Source: Raillietiella orientalis (Eukaryota). From it: a stretch of 64,000 bases of DNA. The stretch lies in NCBI GenBank assembly GCA_036172245.1, contig JAYWIR010000018.1:2418001-2482000 (forward strand). Direction: 5' to 3'. The notes beneath the pieces were generated by a model that searched no databases, was not told the origin of the DNA, and saw only the letters and a program-made list of their open reading frames with translations. Shown here in pieces: positions 49,756 through 61,131 of the stretch; position 1 is the first letter of the stretch, and each line of letters starts with the position of its first letter. The translations under genes and the position numbers were made by a program.

Positions 49756-50330
49756 TCAGCGCTCCAGAAGCTTCTCGGACTCCCGCACAGCTAGGCGAAG
49801 ATGGTTTCCCTTCTCGTGGGTGATGCTGCTGCTGGTGCAGCACCAGCTCGCGTCCCGCTGCAGGACTCGCAACGCATCTCGCCCGTCTGCCCGTTGAACT
49901 GGTTGCTCAGGCGGCGATTGCGGACACACAGCAGGGCAACGACGTTCCTTACTGGTGCGCCGTGGAGCTCCACGATCTTCCAGTAAGCTGCGTGCGCTCA
50001 GGTACTTCTCCACGCGGGCGTCTGTGCGGATGTTCGAGCCCAAGCGCGTCAGAGGGTTCCTGTGGATCGACTCCCGGCACATGTCGATGACGTCCTCCAG
50101 CTACTGGAAGAGAGGCAGCAGTTCGTTCCCGTATCGGTCGATTTCCTTGGGTATGGGCACCTCCACGCCCATCGTCACCCTGGATCCGGGGGTCGACAGC
50201 TTCCTGAGCAGGGATGCCGGCTGCGAAAAACGGATGGCATCCCGACTGGAAACCCTCGGAGCCTACTGGGAGAACGAGGTGGTCGCAGCCAGCAGCTTGG
50301 AGCCCTCGCGGTGAGAGAGGGCACCGGGGG
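49756..50330 (-). pseudogene. GC-rich fossil coding sequence of unknown, possibly tyrosine-recombinase-like origin
   Basis: A minus-strand frame interrupted by two stops and frameshifts reads as globular protein (EVPIPKEIDRYGNELLPLFQ*LEDVIDMCRESIHRNP...VEKYLSARSLLEDRGAP / VRNVVALLCVRNRRLSNQFNGQTGEMRCE). A long shadow ORF lies on the + strand. Confidence 0.4.
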
Positions 50331-52661
50331 GGAGGGGACACGGGGAGAAGAAGGAGGCAAGGCGCCGAACACTCTCAGGACCTCGCGAGGTCTTGAGACG
50401 AGAGAAGGCCTTGGAGGGGTGAAAGACACGGGCGGTCCCTGCAAAATGCGTCGTGGAAATGCTTCTTCTTCGGAAGCATGGCTGACAGTGGCGCTTCCGA
50501 CGGCCGGATGTCCTCGTGAAGGTGGAACTTCGGGGGGAAGGAGGGGGGGAGAACGCGCGTCGCGGCGGACAGGTGAGCTGCATCCTCGCGAAGGAGGGTG
50601 TTCGGGGGCAGTGGTGTGTATCTGAACAGCGAATGGTTCTGCCGAGTCTTCAAGGGCCACTTCTTCATGGCGCCTTTTCCTCACTCACTCCGAAGGCGAG
50701 AGAAAAGGGCCCGCGTAATGCCCCAGGGAAGACTGTAGATGGACGGACATACTTCGTTGGCGTCTTTGCTGATGTCTCTCCTTGAGAGAGAGAAGAGTTA
50801 TGATATCAGCTATCAAACCAGTTAGAAAAAAAGAAAAAGATGCAAACATCGACAACGTTCACACTGACCAGAATGTGTGGCATGGGTGTCTGAAACACAG
50901 CAATGAAGAGAGGCATCGGAAGAAAGATCGTTCAACTCAGAGTTATGGGCATTAGGTCCATAGGGTCCATGCGGTGTTAATCACCATGAAGCAAATAGGC
51001 CCCATCTAGTGTGCTCTAGATTAATCGACAGCACTTCAGGTGCCATGTGGATGCTGATCATCTGAAAAACAAGGCGGAGCAAAAAACGTTGCTAAGCCTC
51101 TTTTAGAAGATGAGAAAACGGTTGAAGATCATCCCGAAGAAGTTCAACATCTTCAGAATCGGAAGCCAGCAAGACTTATCGTCTAGCCAACCCCGGATTC
51201 CAAGAGATTAGGCATGACGATTGCCATTTTTGCCCAAGCAGCTATAGGGAGGCGACAGGAGGAGATTTGTAAGATAGTAAAAATGGGAACAAGGAAGTTC
51301 TATTCGTCGGAATAATCTCTCATGTGACCTCACATGCACTGCTGTATTTCTTGGTGTGGCTTCGACGGAAAAAGAGTCTTTTCAGGTGGATCAAAAACAA
51401 GGGAAAGAAAGGTTCAATATAAAATGTTGATACATTCCTATGGATACCCAGGAGATGAAAATGAGCAGGCGCGATAACTCTAGAAGATGAACCGACCATA
51501 CGGAATCTTTAGAAGTCGTCGCTACTCGTGTCTAAATGGGATGCGCGGTCACATAAAACACACTGGAGGAGCTCTTAAATAAGCCTGTAGGACCAGTGCC
51601 AGATTCAATAGGGAATTGAGGGAGATGGGAGGACGTTTGGCTGCGACACTGAAAAAACGCGAGACATTCACTGCGTTTCCTTCCTCGAGACCCAGTCTCG
51701 AAGAAGGAAAGACCTCGGTGGATGCCCATAGGAGAACTCAACAGAAGCATCGCAGAAAGTCAGACACAGAAAAGGATCAAATGCAGGCATCTCTCCTCTT
51801 CGCCATTAGAGGAGTAGCCGCTCCATCGGTGGTAGAGTCTGTGAGTGTCGGAGACCGAGAGGAAAGAAAAGAACTCAAACAACTTTCCAGAACAAAGGAA
51901 AGGAGTACGAAGAAGGGAATGGGGCATGCCAACATCCAGCAAAGCCGAGGCATGCGCTGGAGGCACCATTCTGGGTCGCCCACCAGGTGAGCAGCCATCA
52001 GAGAGCTCCCGACCAGATGCCAGATGGTGAAATTTGTGGAAAATCCCTCCAAACATACACTACATGTATCAGAATGAATTTGAAGGCGTTCGGCGAACGC
52101 ATTTCTTTCTGTGCCTGGATGTTTTGTCCGCTGGGGCAGGCATCTTGTAGAGCACGGCGCGACAGACACCATTCGTGTGCTGAAGCACGCTTAGTTCTCC
52201 AAACGTGTGCACCTCTAGTGCTCTACCGATGGTTCCACGCAGGTTAGGAAGTAACACACTGGAAAAGGATCACCAGAGGATGACAGCCGTTGAAAACGCG
52301 TGGCACACTCCGGGAATCGGACTCCTCTCCGGGTGCGTAGGACGTTCGATTCGGATTGGCCTTTCGAGAAAGGAGGCGATCGAGCTGTGGGGATCTGTCG
52401 GCGGCACTGTCACATAACCGTTATGAGTTTGAAGTGCGGTCCAGCAATCAAAGTGCATCCATCCATTCTCATCAGAGTCGGCTGCTGCGTTAAGGGCTGA
52501 CCAGCAGGAAGACGGTGAGCACCGTCTATCAGCACCGGTGGTTGATCTGTAGGGCTCGGGTGCAGCATTGGTGAAAACCGGATTCCCCTGTTGACCGGCC
52601 TGAATCAGAAGTTGACCCTTCTGGGGTCCTTCCAGGAATCGAGAGTTCTTCGAGGTTCTCC

Positions 52662-53196
52662 TCCGGTTGTGAAAATGGCGCTGCACCGTGAAGTAGCATC
52701 GAGTACCATGGAGCTGGTTGACGGATACCTCTCCAGAGCATCAAGTAGAGCGCTGCTCCCTTCGACCTTCAAGAGAAAGAGGGAGCGTCCATTCGGGGTT
52801 CTCCTCAGGGGAGGAAACAAGGAGCGGATCCTTTCCGGGTTCCCTTTGGAGAAGACATGAGGAGTGGCTCCCACAAACTGGGTGGTCCCTCCGGAGAGAA
52901 TGAGGAAGAGCATTTCCTTTCCTTTCGGGATTCCTTTGGGAGACAACCAGAGCGGAGGTTTCCTCCAGGTTCCCTTTCAAGAGGAACAGCTCCTTCCTCC
53001 GGAGCCTTCCTGGATTCATAGAGTGTCCTTGAAGGGTTGCCTCCTAACTTGAGGAGTGACACGCACCCTCGGGTAGCGTGGACAGCGTCAAAGAGTTTCG
53101 TGAGTCCCCCTTAAGGAGGCCGACAGTCGTCGGCTCTTAGCAAACCAAAAAAATGAAACCCGAAAAAAAAAAGAAGGATCGAAGGAAACAGCGAAA
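52662..53196 (+). repeat. Second copy of the ~535-bp block at 40884-41421
   Basis: Near-identical sequence. More diverged similarity extends left to about 52550. Confidence 0.97.
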
Positions 53197-53249
53197 ACAC
53201 AAGAACCTGAAAAGAGAAAGTTTCCATCATCTACTCGGCATCCTCCCCT

Positions 53250-53925
53250 TCAAGTGGCAGAAGTAGGTTAAATCCCATGCAAAGAGCGCCTTCGTCACTG
53301 GAAACGGATGGGAGGGGAGCATGGACGCTCAGTGAGACAGGTTCGGGAAGAAGGAGACCCTCCCGCATCTGCTGTTGAACTGTGCTGCCCTCCGATCCCT
53401 TTGGGATCGCTTTGCGACGATCCTAGGTATCCCAGTGGGCGGCCCAGGGATATTTTCAGATGCCTCTTCGTGAGTGCCTCACTGCCACCAACCGCGACCC
53501 TTGTTGCCGTTTTCTGCTGTGTTCGCGGGATCGCGGTGGCCTGTAGCGCTAGAAGAGGCCGAAGTGATAGGAGAGCCATCCACTGGGTGCGGATCTTCCT
53601 GAAGACCTCCTCGCGATGCTCCACCTGGGCAAGAGACGAACGGAACTTGCCAGCATCCTGAACAGGACGCCTGGCAGGGTAATGTGATACCTCCCTCGAT
53701 TCCTCCCCAGATTCCCCTTATAAAATTCCTTCTCCCCTGTTTTGTTTGTTTATTTTTTACACTTTTGTTTTCTCTTCCCCCGCGCTGCCGAAGCGGACCT
53801 CGCTGGTGTGTGCACTGCTCTTAGGAGGGTTCGTTGCACGTTTTAGAACCAAGGGTTCTGTCAAATAAATGCAATTTTATTACCCTTCGTAATAAATGCC
53901 TCTGCATAACCGGGTGTCATCAGTC
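53250..53925 (+). mobile_element. L1/Tx1-like LINE 3' remnant with zf-RVT-type finger and 3' UTR
   Basis: DAQ*DRFGKKETLPHLLLNCAALRSLWDRFATILG...RRAIHWVRIFLKTSSR. The 3' UTR is shared with the other copies. Confidence 0.7.
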
Positions 53926-54099
53926 GGATAGAGTTCTGCCTTCCTACCCTCTATGAAGTCCTTAATCGCCCTCTGGACGGCCACATTCTCCAGTGATCGA
54001 TCCCGACAAGGGTCTTATCAAATCAACGCCCATCATACATTCGTACAAATCACCGACATTCGTACATTTTTTTCTCCGCCACCACTTGCAGGGTGCTAA

Positions 54100-55350
54100 C
54101 GGGTCAGCGGTCAGCAGTGTAGATTAAAGACCTGGCAGTCTGGCGATGCTTACAGCTTAAAGCAGCCTCGACCACGAAGTCAGCTCCATCCAGCAGGTTG
54201 GGGGAGACCAAGGCATGGTCGCATTCGACCGGCGACTGGTCAGCATCCCTTCTAGACAAGCTTCGACACTTCCTGATGCGCTTTCCGAAGTGGAGCTGGC
54301 GAAGACCCAATCGACCTCCTTGAAGACTCCTAGTCTCCGGTAATGCATTGGACTTGGCAAATTAGTAAGTCCCCTGTGACATCCATTTTTTTTTTTTGGC
54401 CATGGAGATCGCGCAGAGGCTAAGAAGCTGACTGCTTTAGCTGGCAGCTGCTGATCGCATGGATCTTCTGGGAACCTCCACAAGCCGACCGGCTGTCCCA
54501 AACGGCTGTAGGTCTGGTGAACCTGGAGAGAAGGAATGGCTTGTTCTTTTACAGGAAATGGAGTGTCCCTAGCTACGCTTGGCTGTGTTGCACCAAAGTG
54601 CAGGCGCATCTAAAAGGGGTGATCGTGAACCCAGAATCGGTGCATAGCGCCTCGAGCATCTGGAGGAGAGAGCGCCTACAGATGGACCAAGTGCTTGGCG
54701 CCCTTAGTCGTCTGTCCTGTGTGCGAGAGATGGCGATTGCATGCCTGAAAAGCAGAAGTTCTGCGCGATCTCAGGAGTAAGGAAAGCCCCGAAAAGCTGG
54801 TCTGGTGGGAGTTGGTGGTCTATAGGGCCACGCCAAAAACCCGCATCTGGGGGAGGACCATTCTCCGGAGAACGCTCGCCATCAGCGCTTCTGGATGCTC
54901 CCACGGGACGATGGCGCCGTTCGACGGCACGATCGTCTTCCATGAAGACGTCACCATGGAGTTGCCGACCGTCGAGAGCCTCGTCAACTGTGGTTGACGA
55001 AGCTCGTCCTCAATAGCAGAATTTGAGTGTAGGTCAAGCTCCTGGCCTTTAGGGTCGAGGGCAAGAAGCAGTTTGGCGGCTTCTCGAGGCGGGAGATCGA
55101 CTCGCGAACGGAGGATCACTCACCCGGTCACTCCGTAGAAAACGTCGTAGAGGGCGATTCCCGTTTCCTCCGTCCCTTCTTCGTCCTCGAGCTGCTAAAC
55201 GGCCTGAATCCGAAAGAGGCGCTGTTGCAGGTACTTCTGCTCTGCTCACCTCTGCTAGGGTCCCTCCTTGTGACTTTCCGGAACCACGTGGTAGCGCTCG
55301 ATTTGGAAGCGGAGTGGATGTCAACGACCAGCGGACGGAGGACATGAAGA
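54100..55350 (-). mobile_element. Possible decayed LINE ORF1
   Basis: Minus-strand GTLAEVSRA and IVPWEHPEALMASVLRR fragments resemble ORF1 features. Many stops, weak support. Confidence 0.25.
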
Positions 55351-55699
55351 CCGACAGGGAAGTGAAAGCTTTCGCTCGTCCGCTGAATTTTGCCCGAAGT
55401 CTCGATGGGAGCGGCGAAACGTAGGAAGCATCCCCTTACGAGACTTCGGCCGAAGCATCCTGACCCTGGGTGGTGACCGGAAGATCCACGGGACGAGAGT
55501 CTTCCCGTCCAGTTCCGACGCCCGGATTTGGTCACCGCCAGCGGCATCCCTCTGCCGAGTGTCTGGGTGAGGAAGGGCATCTCCCCGAGCATTCTGGTCT
55601 GCTGGATCTCCCACGCTCCTGCTGATGGGCAGCGGTGCCTTCCGTTACACGTGGAAACAACCGGTGGCAGCAGCTCCGAAGGCTGCTCGCCGACGCCGC

Positions 55700-58130
55700 A
55701 CTGAGCTGACGAAGGATCCGATGAGGTGGGTATCAACCAAGAGAAGTCGCAGAAGGGTCGCCAAAGACTCCATGAAGGCCCTGACGAGGGCGCGGAGTAT
55801 CGGTGAAGCCCCACACATTCCTGACGTCCATTACTCCCCCTTCCCTCCCCCAACTTGTTGTCTCCTCCTCTTTTGCTCCACCCTCGGGATGCTTCTGACC
55901 TGAGAATCGGTCCCAAGCGAGCTTGTTTCCTCCCTATCAGGGACTCGGTTCCCACCGTCGCGTGCCTACCTCTCCATTTTTAGCACGGAACGCTGCGGCG
56001 TAACATGGAGAAAAAATGTCCGCTTCGGAACGGAACCCATGCCCATCCGCATGCAAGAAGAATGCGGGAAGACCCCGAAGAATTCCCTGCTACCTCCTCG
56101 AAAGGCTACGCACCCTGGTCCAGTCCTGAAGCAAGAAACGAGCTGAAGTGTCCCGGAGGGCATGAGAGCAAGCGATCCATGCTGCTGCGACCGGAAGCTG
56201 TGGAGGAGAAGATCGGGAAGTCCCGCCGGAATCGAACCGCTGGGGCGTGCGGACGTCAGGTCCATGGACCCCTTTAGTTTTATTCTTTCCTCAATTAGCT
56301 GACCAGGCAGAACGATCTTTCGAATGGGGACCTCTTCCTGCTCTTCCAGAGGTTCGCGTCCGAGCAGGACTCCTGCGCTATGAGCTGGTTCCTGTCTTTC
56401 ATCTCGTCCAGGTGCTTTGCGACTGCTTTGGTGGACTTCCGAGAAAGGCGGCGAGACAGAAATTGCCGGATGCTGCGGAGCAGCGAGCCGTCGTTCGTGA
56501 GCCCCTGAGGGGATGATCGCCGTTGTCGTGACTGGCGGCCTGCGTGCGGAGGGTCTCAAGACTCACCTCTTTGCTCGCCCTCCTGTTCGACCTCAGGATC
56601 ACCATCTCCGGCTGGAACAGTCCTGAAAGTGAATCAGAGCCTGAGCTTTCGCCAGAGACTCCAGTGCGCCAAAGACGTCCATTCCCCCGGCTCAGCTCTC
56701 TGTAAGGGTGGCTCGAACCGTGCGACGCCCAATTCCGTCTCGAGTGGTAAGGATAGTTTCTGCGACCGCAAGGCGCTTCCAGCCACAGTGGCGTGGCGGA
56801 GAGGGGTGTCTCGGAAAAAAAGAAAAAAAAAACCCAGCGTCGGCAAGAGAACGGAATGCCTGGTTCCGAGCGTTCTCCGTGGCGCGATAGAGACGAAATC
56901 ACGACTTGACAGTCCTGCCGTGGCACAGAAGGCCGGCGAGCTCCAGTCGCAGACTCAGAGCAGCCAGTCCCTTGAAGAGTCTGCACCCCCGTTACCCTCA
57001 CCAAATCGCGTTCCTTGTTGTGAACTTTTCTGTCCGAACACATGTCGATCCCGTCCCCTGGGGTAGGGTCGTCGGAGTTGCCTTCCCTAGCAGGCTCGAC
57101 ATAGTTTCCGGGAACACCGGAGTGTTTTTCGAGGTCCGTTTCGAACCCACCCCAGTGCAGACATAAATCCATTAATAAGAATCCCATTTACTCCTTTTTC
57201 CACTCAGATTTTCCTGCCCACGTGACTGACCGATGGCGTAGGCTCGGCAGTGAGGAGACGCCATCTTTTATTTTCGATAATTTTGGCGAATTCATTTTTC
57301 GAATATAATTTAAATTAAATACACATATATCATGCTGCTTGGCTAAAATTATCTATATATATAGCATTTAAAATTAAACATATATAACATTTTATCTACA
57401 CAATATAATAATATTTTATTTAATGGCATTCAATTCATGTGCACTGGCTATTTCTGTATGTGTATATATGTAGCCACTTTGAATGCCCTTAAATATATAA
57501 CAGAAGTGTACATCATTATTAACTGATTACTCTCCAACTGAATATGTCCATACTGATATGGCACCATTGCGTTCAATACTTTTATGTTGTTAAATATATC
57601 TTTGTTTTTATCATACATGCATCATTCTTCTATCAGCTTTTATCATACATGTATTTATGTGTATAATCTAATAACATGTATAATGTTGAATACACTCGGG
57701 GCAGACGCTCGGGGAACGCAATCGAAGAGACTTGCTGCCGAAGTTCTTCACTAGCGGTGGGCCTCCGTGCGGCGCCGCCATTTCAACCCTGCGTTGCATC
57801 TCTGCCCAGCATCTCGCGCCCCGCCTCGCCTTGGAGCTCCCTCCGAAGAGACGGGATGTCACCCAAAGAGCAGTCACAGTGACGGTGACCGCAGAGGGAT
57901 GACCTCGTTAGCGTGCAGAAGCCCTCTCGGTGCGAGATGCACACGAGGGAGCTCCGTGAACTCGGAAACCAAAGGGCGCCTCCCTTTTTCTTATTTGTTC
58001 ATTTTGTTTACCCCTTCCCTCTCGCTCAGGCTACCTACGTGTGATCCCATAAACTTCTGCTCGTTTCCGGTTGGACCTCGTCGCGTGTACTTGTTTTTTC
58101 GTTAACTAAACGCCCTGGAGTGACCGGAAC
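55700..58130 (+). mobile_element. Heavily decayed LINE reverse-transcriptase region plus family 3' end
   Basis: Ordered remnants GPD, ERLRTLV, PGRTIF, ALVDF-EK, VRVARTVRRPIPSRVVR and RDRDEIT correspond to RT motifs (GPDG, RL, PGRxIxD, DxxKAFD, GVRQG, YADD). AT-rich insert at about 57270-57690. 3' UTR-like sequence at about 57980-58130. Confidence 0.45.
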
Positions 58131-58377
58131 AGAAAGTTCCTCATTCCATCACGTGGTGGGCAGAGGGGAGAGGGCTGGCGTGCGCTCACATAGCGCCCCT
58201 GCTGGAGTGGGCCAGCGAGCAGGCGCCGGCGTCTCGGACGACGTCTCCACGTCCTTCGCGAACGGCGGAGGGAAGGCCTCCATGTCGAAAAGACCACAAG
58301 CGCCAAGCGCAGAGGATTTATTCTGAGAGAACGTCAAAACAGCATGCTCGAATTGTCGGCGAATTGAAACCCAGGAT

Positions 58378-61131
58378 TAGGGTTGCCAGTTCAGCGCTCT
58401 TCCCCTCTAGATACAACACTTTGATCTTAGTCAAAAGATCTAAGCCACCATTTGGCTACACTTTGAGCTTCCCCTCTAGGTCTAGCGTTTTTGGAAACCC
58501 ACCTAGCGGCAAAAATTATTTTATCCACTGAGCGAAAATTCTAGCAGTTTTTGAATCACTGGCTGTCGAATTTTAGAGGTTTTTCATCGTCTAAACGAAA
58601 ATTCTCAATGATGGGTGCTGTAAACCGTCTTAAATAGAATTCCGGATATCTATCCACCCCTGTTCCCATCTTGGCGGATGTAGAGTCGCATCAATAAATT
58701 ATTGCATTGCTGATAAAGATTTTCGAGGAAAGGACTTTCTTATTATGAAATTATTTTGATGTTTAAATCGTGATAAGGAGGTAATGAGACTGGAAGCGCA
58801 GCGCTCTCCTTACAAACGTATCGAACACGGGCAGCAGTAAGTTTCACGTCATCAGCAATTGACTGTTAGTTTGCATTTCATTTCTGTACTATGGAATCTG
58901 AAGAGTAAATGACATTGCGCATGTTGGGCGTGTGCTGTGACATAGTGGGCTTCAATACCTTGTGTTACAATAAATTATTAGGCGTGTATTGTATTATTTT
59001 TATCTATAGTTTCATTCAAGGTACGGGGTTCAATAATATCAGCAATGGTTTCGGAAAGAGTGGCAAAGAGAAGTGCTGCTTAGAGATTGGATCTTGGAAA
59101 TTCTGGAAGTGCTGATACAGCTAAATGCAAAATTTGCAAATGCGTGTTGGCTGCAAAGCACTGTGTGATCGAAGCATCGGTCGGCCAGCGCTGCATCTTC
59201 TTCTTCACGACAACTGGACACTTTTGTTTCAACGAACAGAGACGCAGCTGAAGCGTCTCTTCGCATAGCATGTTGCGAAGCAAAAGGAACAGTAGACCAT
59301 CTCGGGGGACCGTGTAAAGATAAATTCTCGGACAGTTTCACTGCAAACAAGGTCCAACTACATCGTTCTAAGTGGGTATTGCCTATAATAAAGTTCGCAT
59401 TGACAACTCACTTTGAAAAGGCTATTCTTGATGATGTAGGAATGGGTCCTTTCAGCGTTTTAGTTGATGAATCCAACGATGTTAGTGTAACTAAAATGCT
59501 AGGAATTGCTGTTGTAAATTTCAGTCATCAGTCGGGAAAGTAGATTCCTGCGGCACTGGCTGAACTTGACACCTGTGATGTTGAATCTATCGCTGCCGCT
59601 GCGAGGGAAACACTTGGCAGTAACGGATTAAACATCCAAAATATGAAAGGGATCGGAGTCGATAACGCGAGCACCACGACTGGCATAAACCATGGCGTGT
59701 GCGGTAAACTGCAGAGTGAATGCCCAGGGCTTACAATGATCCGTTGCGTGTCACTCTCCCCAATCTGCAGCCTCAGATTGCCTTCCCGCTGATATTGACT
59801 TTTCACTGAGAAAAATCTATAATTGGTTTTCCCATTCTGCCTTACGGTTGAATGATTACAAAGCTTTATTTGTTGCCATGAATAATAGGCGCAATCCTAG
59901 AAATATTGTACAGAAGTGACAGATTCATTGGCTGTCGACTGACTGCAGTAAACAGAATTCTGGATCACTGAGTGGAACTCATTGCTGTGTTTAAAACTTC
60001 GAGTACAAAAGAGGGGGATTATGCAACATCCCTTTTGAACAACATGCTTTCTCATGAAAAAAACCGTGCGTTTCTCCTCTTCCTACGACCAGTGTTACCT
60101 GACGTGCAGAAGGTAAGCAAACCACTTGAGACAAGTAATGCCGACTGTACCAAGCTCTTTCATGATCTGGCTGGTTTGGTGGAGAACACGACCAAGAAGT
60201 TTGTGCTTTCAACCTGCAGGAAGGACTTCATCACAGAAAATCTTGATGACTATGTTCACTGGCATTCCTATCTGGGCTATGGAGTTGAGGAGAAACTACA
60301 TCAACTAAAAGTGCCAGCGGAAGAAGAAGAAACAGACTTCAAAAAAAGATACACTATCCTCCTTATTAGGTTACATAAAGAGCTTCAAAAAAGACTTCCT
60401 GATAATATAGAGGTGTGTCAATAATCTCTGTGTCTCGTGCTCATCGTGTTGTCAAAGGTCCATTGATGCCACTAATGTAGCATCTCCGAATTCCATCAAA
60501 CAAGACAGCAAAAGCAGAAATCCATTGGAACAATTTAACAAGTGTAAAGTGAGAGGAAATCGCCAGTACAATTGAATTCTGGAGTGAAGTAGCTAGTTAT
60601 AAAAACTCATCTGATGTCAATCCATTTCATGAGTTGGTTAAAGTGATGATACATCTCACTGTTCTTCCATAGTCTAATGATCAAGTGGAAAGAATCTTCA
60701 GCTTGATGAGCAGCGTGAAGTCAAAACTACGAAACCGGATGGGAACGGCAATGGTCAATCCAATCCTCACAGTAAGAGAAGGTCTAGAGCGCGCTAACAA
60801 ATGCTGCAAGGATTATCAATTGTCATCAGAGGTTTTAAGAAAAATAGGAACCTTGACTGCCTACAGAAATGAAAGTGGACGAGCCGAGAGCCAAGCTCCA
60901 AACACCTCACAATCGTAGCACTATTTCTTAGATGAGGATGATCCAGAGTAACTGCTTTTTTGAGTGAGTTATATGTTAAAATTATTTTTTCCTTATCAAA
61001 TATTAATTGCAAGATAAAAATAATAATAATAAATTCCTTGGTGTTAAAATCTGGGGATTTTTTTTTTTGGAGAATCGCGGGTTTTCAAAGGCCATCTAGA
61101 GGGATTCCATTAACTTCTGTCGGCAACCCTG
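58378..61131 (+). mobile_element. Full-length but decayed hAT DNA transposon
   Basis: TIRs tagggttgcc (58378) and ggcaaccctg (ends 61131). 8-bp TSD cccaggat / cccagggt. Transposase remnants: CKICKC (BED-like), FSVLVDESNDVS, GVDNASTTTG..IRCVS, and LP*SNDQVERIFSLMSSVKSKLRNRM (hAT dimerisation). Multiple stops and frameshifts. Confidence 0.92.

Noticed and set aside
55128..57187. Long minus-strand ORFs of 197-275 aa as genes
   Set aside because: S/P/R/G-rich with no domain. Better explained as shadow frames of GC-rich decayed retroelement sequence.
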